A stretch of 63,330 nt of DNA, the filler included, from Cercozoa sp. M6MM (Eukaryota > Protista > Endomyxa: Ascetosporea), in NCBI GenBank assembly GCA_040357565.1. It is 10 parts of 10 records of this genome, joined end to end, with 100 filler letters (N's around TTAATTAATTAA, not from the genome) between each part and the next. Parts side by side here need not be neighbours in the genome. Positions count along the whole stretch, not along the records: positions 1 to 17,665 come from JBDODJ010000259.1; 9 more parts are not named here. One strand, given 5' to 3'. The notes under the pieces are model-generated. The model ran no database searches. It had not been told where the DNA came from and saw only the letters and a list, made by a program, of their open reading frames with translations. The translations under genes and the position numbers were made by a program. Every line of letters starts with the position of its first letter. Position 1 is the first letter of the stretch. Below, piece by piece: positions 1-12,319 of the stretch.

Positions 1-42
<42 letters not shown>
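1..42. repeat. (AC)n microsatellite inside an intron
   Basis: Perfect AC run at the window start, just beyond a minus-strand splice donor at 51-52. Confidence 0.95.
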
Positions 43-44
<2 letters not shown>

Positions 45-52
45 TAGATTAC

Positions 53-3000
53 CTCACGCAGTTTGACACAGTCCAGGCGATCCTCTTCCGAGGGAGCGTT
101 GGTGTCGCCACAAGTCTACAGACATGATACAGTGAATCCAAAAGTTACTGTAGATCGAACAGCCTGAGAGAGAAAGAGAGCTGACGCGGAAAAGTAAATT
201 TAGAGGCCAGTGAAGAACTGGTGGTGGGGTAGAGCACAATACTGTTTCTAAAAAGGCCAAGTGATCTAAGGCAATCGCAGCCTACAGTTTCAAATTTTCA
301 TAGCCGAATTCGAATTCACACTGGCAGGTAGATGCATGCAAGTAAATTATGGTACCGCGTGCACAGCGTCTGCTCCCAAGAGGTGCCAGATTCCGCATTT
401 GCTGGGAGGATCGTTTTTCGGCTAGTGGTAAGAGTATTTTTGGTTCAAGCGCAGTCATGCAGAAGGGTTTGCTTAAGGTCGGTATACATCCGCATCAGGC
501 GAAGGAGGTGCCGCTAGTGCGGGACCATGTCGCTTGCAAAAGTCGGAGCGCAAACTGCGTAAAAGTATCAACTGCCTTTCGTTGTGACTTACCGAAAAGC
601 CATAGTACGGGTTTTGAGACGCCGTCGGGGTAACCGAAAGCACACCTGTAAAACAGTATAGGACAGACTGGTACACAGATTTTCAAGAAGATATTAGAAA
701 AATGCAAGGAACCAGCGAGGTCTATCTGCGAAGAAATTGGTTGTGTGAAGAAGCCGTCGACACTAATGGAATCGACGCCGAGAATTGTATCTGCGTATGC
801 ACGGCTTTAATCTCACGTGTGGGTGAGAGAGCTAAAATTACAAGGCGCGTGCAGCATGTCGTTGCGTTTCATGGTGAGCATTAGATGGGGAAGGTCGTAC
901 TCGTACATGAATGTCAAAATCACCAACGCCTACACTCATTGTTCATAGGTACTGGAGGAAGTACGATATGTATTTGGTGCCTTGACTTCTCGTATGTCCT
1001 CCACTACTGGCTGCCAGTCGATACGATCACTGTCAGCTCCGTACCTAATATTGTATGTCAACAGTTGGATTTGGAAAACGAAAAAAGCAACTGAAGGAAT
1101 ACCGCGAATTGAAAGGCGTGGTGCCCAGCATCGTCAGTTTGTAGGCAGCTGAAACAAACCACCTGTCTTCCCGCGCAAGCAAATGCAGTCGGTTAGGAAT
1201 GTTTATACGGTCGGTGTGTTTCGCATTGTGTTCCGCCATGTCGTTTTGAAAGTGGTACCACAGGTCCTGCAGTACAATGTCACGTCTCAGACACGTCAAC
1301 TACCGTCACCTTGCAACTGGCTATACCTGTGAGTACACATCGCCGTTCCAGACAACGTAGAAGTCCATCCAGCGAAACCCTGCGCACACATTTAGTCGAG
1401 CCCGCTCCGTGACGTCCGTGCTCACTATAGTTATACGCAGCAACGTCGCCAGTATCGCACGGGTCTGCCAAGTGTTGGCACCGACCTGAATATCAATTTT
1501 CGGGGAAGCGCAGACGGTACAATACAGTTAGCAGTATTGATACCACACGACTGAAGGTAGGGTATTCCTTGCGGTTGCTCAGTTCGGTGGTTGTTGCACT
1601 TGGCGAAATCAACGGCGTCTGCTCAGGCAAGATCTGGGTTCCACATCAGCGTGCTCCAGTGTGCCATGTTACCTTGTATTGTGCACACAATGTAGCAGCG
1701 CGAACGCACATGCCCGACCACATAGAGCCTCTACAGGAAGGTTAGACGACCAACAAAGAGGCGAAAAAACAAGTGTACATGATGACATGCGACTGGACGA
1801 CTTTCTTTGTCGAATTAGGTTGACGAACGTCGATGCCATTAACACTGTGACGACCAATATAGACATTAAAAATACAACTATACTGTATAGTTCCAGACTG
1901 TGCAGTACATGAGCGAATCGAACGTAACCTCATCGTTGTTGTATGCCGGATATGTCGACACCTGTGCGGAGCTGTATTAAGGGAGAAAGGGGAGAGGGGA
2001 GCGAGGAAAGAAGGGAGGGAAGGGAATAGGAAGGGGAGGGAAGGGGAGAGCAGGGGAGAGGAAAGGGGGAGAGAGAAGGAGAGGAAAGGGGGAGAGAGAA
2101 GGAGAAGGCGAGAGAGGCATTGCGATACCTCCAGCTGATAGCCATACTGTGTCAGCAGTGGCTTGCTATTTGGTCCCAACACGCGTCCTGTAGAATTTAC
2201 AGTATTTAGGTACCTGCGCCCAAGTCATCACATGTACCTTCGTTGACGTCATTGATCATTGCCAGCGCAGCTCGTCCTACGGGTACATAGTCGCATCTAA
2301 AGTGCTTCTCCAAGAAAGGCGCAGTTTACGCGGTTGCCATCCCATCACGGCACGTGGATGTAGAATAGAGACATGAAAGAAGGGCACTCCCTTTGCACCA
2401 GTTGCGGTAAAGTTGTAGAACTCCACATTCTTGTGGAGAAAGTTGTGTTATGGTATACGTACCGCCAGAGGCAACTCTCCTGGTAGATAACCACGTGGCC
2501 ACATCACCTGTCAGTGTGCAAAGTTGAGGGACTCGATCTCAACTCGAAGGTACTGGATGTGATACAGAAGGATCGTTGGGTGGCACAAACCACTCAAAGG
2601 TGCCATTGCCAGTGTCCTGCCCAAGCTCACGAAAGAAGCCGCCACGTGCTGCAACCAGGCCCCTGCTGGTGTGCAAAGTTGCAAGCTGCGGAACACAAGC
2701 ATTGTTGATTTGATGCGAGACTCAGCTACCAGCCACCTCTACGTTCACCGTCAATCATAGAGACGGTCCCACTTGCGCCTGGCATGAAGAGAACTAGAAA
2801 TGAAACACTGCAACTGACTTGTGTCAAGCTAGTACCCACAAACGTCATGTTTGCAAACAAATTGTTGAGGACGCGACTTTCGCTCTGAAATGAAAGTGCG
2901 TAGTCCTTCCCCAGCACAGGAACAGATGGCAAACGTACTTTTTTGGTGCCAAGAAGAATGTCGGGACAGTAGCTTGAGGCACCTAAAACTCACTATCGTC

Positions 3001-5003
3001 CAGTTGTCTGAGATACAGATAGTCTCATCGGTGTTTATAAATTATGTACCGGAGTCACTGGTGCAGTTGGCACGCAGTTTAAGCAAGCCGGAGATTGCAA
3101 CAGCTGTGGCACGTGCCGCGTCGGTCCCGTAGAGTTGCCAACTACAGATCAGTGACGCACGCAGATATGTTATAGATGTAAACTTATTGAACAGGAAGTT
3201 GCCCCGAGTAGGTACCCAGCACAGGGAAGGCCAGCGTAGTGGCGGGCACAGAAGTCGAATTGTATAGCTGTTTACTTGCAAGGCAACAAATTGATGACTC
3301 ACTCTCGCAGACCAGGCTAAATTTTAGAACATATGCATACCATTGTTCGAACCAGTCGGCGCAAGGGCGAAGAAAGAACCATCCAACACATCTGCAGTAC
3401 TGTTGCTCAAGTTGGTGAACTACACTTTCAGTTTAGTGTAGTCAGCAGCACAGTACGAAGACCGAAGCGAAGATAAATTTACAACTGGAAACAACGCATC
3501 GACCGAGACTGCATCGCTGCCGATCCAAATGTACGGCTTCTGAAGCATGCTGTGCGCGCCTATTAAGTTTACAATTAAAAATCACCATGCAATGCCCACA
3601 GAACACGTATGTACGCCCATGCAGTAGTACCAGCACGATTCAGCACGCGGGCAACAGACGGCTCATATCCAATGAGAATAACGAGGTAGGTTCGGGATGC
3701 TTTGATGCGACTCAACTGCGGTTCCACAAACAAACCTGGTTCACAGGAAACGCACGAACTGAAACTACTATACACACCAGTGCATCGCATTCCTCGTCTG
3801 TCGGAATATTAGAGATTGATTCACTTCCTCGAACCTGTGACAGGTTTTGTAGTATTTATAGTTTGAAAGAGCAAACCGACAGCCGTTTGCTAACTGTTTA
3901 CCGTGAAGAACAGTCGATCGGATTCTTGAAAAACAGCCTCAAAGAGGTCTGACGAGTACGTTTCTTGATCGCGCACGATGTACAGAAACTCCCAATTCTG
4001 TTGACAAGGGTGAGGAGGGATGGGGTTAATGGAAGTGAAAGGGGGTATTGTGAATGGCTAGAGAGCGCGCGGGGAGGGGGGTGGGCGAGGGTAAATTTAC
4101 CAGAGAGCGCATGAGAGCACCGATGGTTCCAGCTTGGTGCGTGTTGGAGGCGATTATTCGATTGAAGTTGGGATACACTTTTCGATCGCTTAGAACCGTT
4201 GTGGAGGCTGTATTTAGCAGTTCAAAAGTTTAGCAGTGTCAAGCCCAGGTAAAGTTAAACTTACAGTATTTACTTTAGGAGTAGGTAAGAATTATAAAGA
4301 AAATACCACTTGGTGACAACAGCGGTACATCAAACTCTTGCATGGTAGTGGACCACACCATACTGTCGCCCGAGTAACAGTGTCCTGCAGGTGACATATC
4401 CTTGTCAAATGACGACGCTCGTTGACTGATTTCGTAAATGCAGTACCCACAACAACGTCGCTCGCCACAACGTCGGTTCCATTTCCTTTATTACCGGTGT
4501 CGATGTTTACCGCTCGTAGCGAGTGAAATAGCGATTCGCTAAACCAAATCGCATTTTTAGAAAACTCCGGGGAAGAACAACTTCAGTTGAACCTCGGGGT
4601 CAAACTGAAGTTCTTCGACCTACCTACTTGACTCGTCCGCATACTCGTGTAAATTAAGCGTTACTCCAGGAGGAAGCAGCAAATGACCTTCAATCCCAAC
4701 GCCTGTGTCGTTTAGAATGTCTTGAAACTAAAACATCGCCCCATCGCAATTTCTCTCCGACAAACTAAAAGACATGAACGTACTGTCAAGCGAACTGCTT
4801 CGGCTACTGTATTGCCGAAACTGTCATCGCTGAAAGCTATTGCAATCTCTGCGAATTGCACAGATGCGATTGTCAGTTTACTCTTTCAAATCTTCATCCT
4901 GACAGGGGAGGACTATACCAAATGCCGTCTCGTTACGTACTGCAGCGTACGTGCCCACCACCGCAGTGAGTGAGACACGAAGTATTGAGACTATATTTAT
5001 CAT
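53..5003 (-). CDS. Membrane receptor with two tandem Venus-flytrap (ANF-receptor/PBP type 1) domains; 3' part outside the window
   Basis: Hand-spliced: signal peptide MINIVSILRVSLTAVVGTYA. VFT1: DVVVGHCYSGDSMVWSTTMQEFDVPLLSPSASTTVLSDRKVYPNFNRIIASNTHQA..NWEFLYIVRDQETYS..KPYIWIGSD..YGTDAARATAVA..NMTFVGT/GTVSMIDGER. VFT2: AALAMINDVN..IGSMWSGMCVRAATLCAQYK/TPLISPSATTTELSNRKEYPTFSRV..LGADAVHA. These match class C GPCR / guanylyl cyclase receptor ectodomain motifs. Confidence 0.85.
1981..2115. repeat. Purine-rich (GGA/GAG) low-complexity tract, intronic
   Basis: Nearly pure G/A on +, i.e. a polypyrimidine intron on the - strand. Confidence 0.8.
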
Positions 5004-5102
5004 TGGTTCAACTTCAGTTTCAGTTTGCAGCTGACACTTTCCTCCCTGAAGCAAACTTTGAGCGATGCCCTCGCAAGATCGCAGGGTTGATGCAAATTGC
5101 CG

Positions 5103-7778
5103 TCAGCTTGAAGTTCTGTAACTCTGAGCACCCCAAAAAGCCATAAACAGCTTCTTGCCCTGCTCAGTGCTGTCTTTGAAAAATCGTCCAATCTTGACCC
5201 AAGTCTGTCCGGGGTCAATTTTGTGAGGTCCAACTGAAACTGGAATAGCCGTCGCGAACTGAAACTGAGCATTGCTTATGACTTAACTACGTGAAGTAAC
5301 CGGATAGTTATTGTATTACTATAATTGGAATCGTTCGCGTCAGTCTAAAAGTTACTGCTACTTCCAAACGGGACGAGCAGTTCGGTCACTCCAAGGGACA
5401 CCGCGATACGCCGTCGCTGTCTGCTTCGTCACAGGGCACCGATGTTTGATCACATATCCATCGCCACGATGACGCCGCTTGCGTGTCAGTCGTGCTGGTA
5501 GCTTGCCAGATGACGTGTAGGCCTTGGCGACACGCGAAGAACCCACTGTTCCACATGGCTTTGCGTGCAGTGAAGCTGTGCGATTGCCTTTTCGAGAGGC
5601 GGGTCGCCTGTGGGTCTTTGCGGCTTTGTGCTTGCCACTTCTCTGCCGTTTCAGATGAAGTCTCCCTGAGACGTGCACTTGAACTGGCTCTGACTCCTAA
5701 TCCACACAACAAATCACACTGCCGCTAAAACTCCTCATGCAACTGTCTTCAACATACGGTGGTTGCAGCTTCACTGTCAACGGTTTGACCCTCCTGGTCA
5801 AGCTCATGGACTATTGCTTTTCCCACTGTCTCTTCCTTTCGTTCAAGCTTTCGCAGATACTCGCGGACCTAAAAATATACTTACAACAGATAGAATTTGT
5901 CTCATAGCTTCGCGTATTTCAAGAGCGTACCATAGCATCATCAACAGCTTCATGCACCGCCGAGCGAATCGCGTCGAGGGTTTCCGCATCTTCGCTCGTA
6001 GCGGGATAATCTTCTTCAACCGAACTAATAGCTTCCTGTTCCTCAGTATCGTACGTTTCTTCTTTTTCGTGAGTTAAGTGATCGTGTTGCTGTGATTGCA
6101 GCTGCAGCACTTGTTTGTCTAGGCATTTGACACGCTGACTCAGTTCGTTTTCGCGACACGTAGCTTCGTCTTCGTTATGCTGCTTCGAGCTACGCAGCTC
6201 TTCGAGTTCACCTCGCAATCGCTGCACGGCGGCTTCTCGTACAGCTAACTCTTTGCGCAAGGTGTGCACCTCCGAGTGCTTGTCCTGTTCGAGACGATGC
6301 AACTTTCGCTGGAACGAGTTCAACCGATGCAGAAGCTCTGAGTCGTCGAGCGCATGCTTACTCTCTGTAAGTTGCTTCCGCAAGGACTTGTTCCGCAGCG
6401 CGTACTCGTGCAACTATGAACACACACGACCAATTTGACCTGTTCTCGGGTATGTCATGGAACGCAGCCCATTATAAATTTTACCTGCTGTTGCAGCTTT
6501 CGCTGCACAAACTGATGCTTCTTGTTCAGTTGTGCATGTTCCAGCGAAATGGCATCCTCCGAATCGTCGAGCGTGCGTTTCGCTTCCGTTTTCCATTTTT
6601 CAATCTCGTCTTTTGCCTGCAGTTGCGCCGTATTGTAAATCCACCCTGATGCCAAACAAGCACGAAACTATTCGACACAGGAATATACCTTGCTGAGCTC
6701 CCACTCTTTCTGCTCGATCTGTCGTTCAAGCGCGGCGGTCTTAACTCGCAAGCTGAGTTCGTGACTTTTACTCTCTTGCTCAAGTTGTGTCTTCATTTCT
6801 GCCTTCAGTGACTCATTCGTTTTCTTTAAACGGGCGATTTCCTTCGCAGCCAGTTCGGCACGCTGTTCTGCCGACTTTGCGCGTGTTTCCCATTGAAACT
6901 TTTCGCGCTCCAAGCGACGCAACGCAGCACGTTGCTGTCGCAGTTCCAACTCACTCCGAAGTGACAATTCGCTGCTCCCTGACACTCCCTCGGTTCGCTC
7001 TGTTTTGTCGTCTAACACAGCTGCTTCTCCCGAAACGACGCGCCGATAGCGGCTTCGCAAAGCAGTAACTGAACACAGAGCATAATTAATAACCAGGGGG
7101 GAAGACAATTCCTTTGCGCACACAGCGCGTAGTTGTACCTTCCTCACGCAGTCGATCCCGCTCCAGAGCAGTGGAGTCAAGAGTGGCACGAAGTTTAGGA
7201 ATTTCAGCAGCTTTGATTCGTTGCTCTTCGAGTCGGTGTTCAGTGTCGCGGAGATCTTGCCGCAGGGTGTCGATCTCGCGATTCTTGAAGCTCAGCTTTG
7301 TCAGGTGCGACTCTGCATCCATCGCCACATCGCTACTCGATTTCGACGTAGTGAGGGAACGCTGCTCATAGGACCTAGCACGAGGAGTTTTCGATGTTAA
7401 GGTTTTTCGCAATTCTTCATCCTCGCTCTCGCTCGACGAAAGCAAGGTGAAATCTTCGGCTTCATCGTGCAAGTCATCATTGTCAAAATCTGAGCTAGCG
7501 TTGCGCTCGCCGAGACGCTTTTGACCCCGCTTTCCGCGTCGCCGCTTGTAGAATTTCGCGGTAACTCGCACCGAACTGGAGCGACGCGAAGCAGTGCCAG
7601 GACGACTCTGACGTTTCGGCGAGCGCGAAGACCGACGCGGTGACTTCGCCTCCGATCGAACATCATCAAGTCCTCGCATGAGTTTTTTCGACAACAGGCG
7701 GTTCTCAGCAACCAGCATTTCGACTGAATCCGCGGCTGGGCGAACTTCACCATACATTGAGTCGCTTTGCTCTGACAT
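5103..7778 (-). CDS. Coiled-coil protein with a possible C-terminal C2-like domain
   Basis: ORFs 7086-7778, 6668-7189, 6455-6655, 5919-6413 and 5358-5678 join through GT-AG introns; heptad-rich E/K/R/L sequence; spliced TARPVWN|NAQFQF resembles the C2 'T..PxWN..F.F' motif. The 3' end is ambiguous (TGA at 5103 or 5000). Confidence 0.6.
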
Positions 7779-8043
7779 GGTTTCGATGAGCGGAGAGAGT
7801 CACGATTTGAGATGCACCACTGCCAGAAAACAGCAGCTCGCGAGCGATTTTCTCGAAGGAACTCGCCTTAGAGACACCACAAGCCGTAGTTGCGATATGT
7901 CCGATACGAGGCAGTCTCTTTTCGCTTAAATGTTATTTGTCAGCATCCGCGGGGAAGGAACCAGCATACTGAAGTTCACTTTGGCGGCCCGAGACACCGG
8001 CATCGCAAGCTGCGATCTGTGACAAATTAGATGTTCGAATTAA

Positions 8044-10359
8044 CTAGCGAAACAGAGACTTGAGGGCAGAGAAGAAACCGCCAAATTTCTCGGGTTCAGG
8101 CTTGTCGGTCTCCTCGACGACCTTAGACTCGTCCTTCGCCTCCTCGGCAACTGTCTCGGACTGCACTTCCTCAACGACCGTCGTCTCGGGCACGAAAGCC
8201 TCTTGCGACTCCTCTTGCTGCGGTTCGACAGCTTCACTCGAGTCAGCTTCGCTTGAGTCGGCTTCGCTCGGGTCGGCTTCGCTCGAGTCAGCTTCGCTCG
8301 AGTCAGCTTCGCTTGGGTCGGCTTCGCTCGAGTCAGCTTCGCTTGAGTCGGCTTCGTTCGGGTCGGCTTCGCTCGAGTCAGCCTGAACTTCCTCTAGAGC
8401 TGCTTCGACAGCGTCGCTTGGAGTCGCTGGTTGATCCTCCACGGGTTCCTTCGCCTCCACTGTCATCTCTTCTTTCGTCTCTTCCTGCGTCATCGTCTCT
8501 TTCTTCGTCGTCGTCTCTTCCTTCGTCGAGTCCTCCGACTGCTGGGAAGCTATGGAGGAGCGAAGCACTTGCTCGAACTCGCGCAGAACGGAGGCATAGG
8601 CGGCAACACTCGCTTCCACGTCCTGTTCGCTCTGAACAAAAAGGAAACGATGCACAGGCGACAACCAAAGCTTCACTCGAAACAATATAAAGGATGCAAA
8701 GCAAAGCACAAAAAGCAAAAGCAAACCGCAGTGAGACGCTCGATGGCAGCGACAGTTTCAAGAAAAGCGTCCGACAGCTCAGGAAACCGAAAAAGAAGCT
8801 TCTCGCTATCTTCCAGGTCGGGAGGAGCATTCTTGTTGGAGAATGAGAGACGCAGGTGATCCAGCAGCACGCGAACGCTTTGGATCGACTCGCTCGGGCA
8901 CCTCTCGTCGACGAGAACATTGCAGCACTTGAGAACACTCGTGTATTGTCCGATCCACTTCATCTTGATGCTGCCAAGTTGTTGCGTGATTTCTCTCAGC
9001 AGTGAAAGCACAAAGAGACACAAGAACTGTGTACGTTCTCGGAAGAGACGACAGCAGTTTCTGCAGCAGTGCTTCTCGAGTTTCGACGTCGGCGCTTTCG
9101 AGCTCCACGTTGTTCTACCGTCAGAACGCAAAGATTCAACAAAAAGCTGGGACACAAGCGAGGTGTACAATCACGTAGTTGGCCCATCCGACGACAAACT
9201 GAATTAAGAAACTCTCATGAGGCGTTTCCATGGCCAGCAAGGTCGACAGCTGTGCTTCCTTGTCGCGAGGGTTGGCGCACTCGTTGTGAAACTGCAACTC
9301 AAATGCTTCCGCCGTCCAGTCATGCCTAAAAAATAAGACACCCTCACTCGAATCATCAGTTTTCTTGTAGAACAGTCTACGCGCGCGTGTGCGTGTGTGT
9401 GTACCTGTACGCTTGGCCAACGACAGAAGGGACTATTGCGAGTTTGCGACCACACGAAGCGTCGTCAATCGCCACAAGATCGCCAAACGACCTGTCCGGA
9501 ATTAGAGACGCGAGCGCAAGTTGCAACGTCGCAACTTCAATTGGATGCGACTGAAACACGACATACACACAAGCTTAAATCCAACTTTGAACACCGGCAA
9601 AAGCTGCAAACTGCAATGTGTACCTGCTTTGCCGGCAGTCTGGCGACAAACTCGTCGTGCACCTTCACAGGCAGAGTTTTTGACCGCAACTGCCGTGTCG
9701 CTGTTCGTGCAATCATTTCGTACTCTGGAATCTGTCCGTACAGCAGAAAGGAAGGTTTGATCACATAGCTTTCAGACAAAAAACAAAAGACTCTAATGAA
9801 CAAGTGAAACTACCATGGCACATGCGGTGATTGATTTCGAAACTCGTCGCGGCACCATATTTTTGATCTTGTTTTTCTTCCGGAGTTTGCCTTCGCTTAA
9901 TTTTTGAGGAATCTCGCTCCAGCCCTTTCTTCGTTCGCTTTGTTCCGCGGCCTTGCCTTTGCGTTCGCGCTCGTTCTTCACTGTTTCGCTTCGTTCACGC
10001 GTGCTTACGTATTTCGCACTTTCGTTTTGACTGTTTTGCAGCTGTTTTTCGCTGATTTTTTTGACTTTCTTTTGAACGAACGACGGACGTAAACGATTGC
10101 GCCGCTCCTGCCAGTCGCTCCAGGAGTCGAACGCGCCGACTTCGGCGACAGGTGACACTGCAGTCTTCTGTTGACCTTGCTGTTGGTGTTGCTGAGGCGT
10201 CTCTTCGTGCGGCTGCATTCGGTCAGACATGCCGCGCAGTACTTCAGGCACCTTCACCTGAGTTCGCAAGATCGGCGCGGGCTCAAACCGTTCGGCGGCC
10301 GTCGCCTCGCCTCGAGCACCAAACCTCATCCGCGCAGCCGCGCGTCGCAAAGCACCCAT
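8044..10359 (-). CDS. Hypothetical protein with a possible degenerate RhoGAP-like helical region and an acidic repeat tail
   Basis: Multi-exon ORFs; REALLQKLLSSLPRT..LSLLREITQ resembles RhoGAP helices; ends with DSSEA repeats and the amphipathic GGFFSALKSLFR*. Confidence 0.5.
8228..8385 (-). repeat. Coding 15-bp tandem repeat (about 10 copies; ADSSE/ADPSE)
   Basis: Units gagtcagcttcgctc / gagtcggcttcgctc / gggtcggcttcgctc on +. Confidence 0.9.
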
Positions 10360-10813
10360 AGCAGCCACAAACGCAACAATAAGATGTGCCCACACGCCGA
10401 CTCTGCAGCGTGCTGATGGCTGAGCGATCCGAGCTGGAGCGCTCGAACGCTGTTTTTTGTTTTTTCCGCCGAAAAATCCATTTTGGTTGACCACACGCTC
10501 ATTCTCACTTCCCACGGAAAATCTGGCTTGCTTACTGGTAGCTGAGTGGTTAAATTTTCTGTGGATCTGCTCATAGCATCCGTATGTGGTGGCTGTGGTA
10601 GTTGCAGTTTTTTTGTTTTTTTGTTTTGCAGATTGACTGAAATTGGCTCGTGTCCAAGCAGCCCAACTACTTCCAGCGAACGTTGTTGCTCGACCAGTCT
10701 GTGCTTCGTGTGGCCTCTCGTGTTGAATCGCACGAGACAACGCGCGAGACTGACCAGAAGCAACGAAACAATTTTGAGAACCCACCGTGCCTAAGCCTTT
10801 ACTCGGTTCAAGT

Positions 10814-11753
10814 ATGCCGCTGCGCGAGTGAGTTTTTCTCCTTTATCGCAATAGTAAGTTTGCCGCAGGCAGTGGTATCTTGTGTTGTTGTGGTGCAGAT
10901 GTAGGAGGGTGTTGTTGCTGGGCGCGCCAGGCGCCGGCAAGGGCACTTACGCCAAGGTTCTGTCGCCAATGCTCGAGATTCCGCATATCAGCACGGGCGA
11001 CTTGATCCGCGACGAAATCCGGGCGCAGACGCCGATCGGACGCGAGATCGAGCAGCTCGTGTCGCAGGGAGAACTCGTGAGCGACGAGACCACGGCCGAG
11101 CTGCTGCGTGCGCGCTTGCAGCGCGACGATGCCAAGAAGGGCTACTTCTTGGATGGCTTCCCACGCACGCGCAAGCAAATCGACATGCTCAACGATGTCG
11201 GCGCTGTAGGCTATCTTTGGTTTTGTTCCTTGTGTGTTCGTTGTTTCACTTTTTTAATCGAGCTTTTCCGTCGGTGGATTTTTGTGTGTATCGGGCAGGA
11301 GGTGGACGCAGCGCTCGAAATCCAGCTCGACGAGGACATTCTCGTCGAAAAGATTGTGCAGCGACGAGCGTGCTCAAAGTGCGGACGTAACTATAACCTC
11401 GCACACATTGAGCGCGATGGCTGGTACATGCCTCCGCTGCTGCCCCAGAAGGACGGCGTCTGTGATGACTGCGGCGGCACTCTTGTGCAACGCAGCGACG
11501 ATCGCGAAGACATCGTGAGGCGACGCTTGCGCACGTACGAACGAGAAAGTGCCGATATCCTCAAGCACTACAAAGACGAGGTAGCGCTCTCTCGGCAACA
11601 TTTGCTTTTTGCAAGCTGCCTACACTTGTCCTTGTGCAGGAGCGCTTGGTAACGTTCGAGCTGACTGGTGGTGTGGAGGCCATGACGCCGCACTTCCAGC
11701 GCCTGTTCGGCGTCGAGTCGCACCAAGATGCTGCAGAATCGCAGGTGGAATGA
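10814..11753 (+). CDS. ADK: Adenylate kinase with a Zn-type LID
   Basis: GAPGAGKGT P-loop, HISTGDLIR, GYFLDGFPRT, LID CSKC..CDDC, QRSDD; 3 introns. Confidence 0.95.
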
Positions 11754-12319
11754 AGCCTTGTCTCCCGTCAGTTTTTGGTTGGCACCGCGGATTCGCACGC
11801 CCCTCTGACGTGACTCCTGACCTTTCGGCCGCTGTCGAGCCCTCCTTTCACTTCCTCCGCGACTTTCTCGTTCGCGTTGTTGATCGACCATGCGACACAC
11901 CGACAAGGACACGGCAACCACCCGATACGGCTCCCCTCCGCTCATCCAAATTTCGATTACTTTCGGCTCACTTCGAAATCGAATTGTTTCATCAGTTTCT
12001 CGTTGCCATACCGTACTCAAACGGGGAGTTAGATGCCCCCACCCTAAGCGGGCGGTGGACGGGACTAGGCCACGGCCCGGGCCAGCCATGAGAATCCATT
12101 TGCGTTGAGACCCCGCCTCCCAGGACTGTACGCGACGGGGAAACCACATACTAAGTTCAGTTGGTTTCTCAGTAGACTGACCAGCCACCGTACTGTACAA
12201 AGGTAACGTAACGTAACATTCGATTAAGCTAACAGAAAATATCCTACGCTAGCGGCGGAGCTTGGTTGCGTTGCACATCGCCTCCAAAAAGGTACGACGT
12301 CAGCCGACTCGACGTCGGC

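Noticed and set aside
8228-8385. CRISPR-like array
   Set aside because: Contiguous repeats without spacers, in frame within a eukaryotic CDS; no cas genes.
12020-12050. Telomerase RNA template (ACCCTAA on +, CTAACTCC on -)
   Set aside because: Neither gives the roughly 1.5 repeat copies a template needs.
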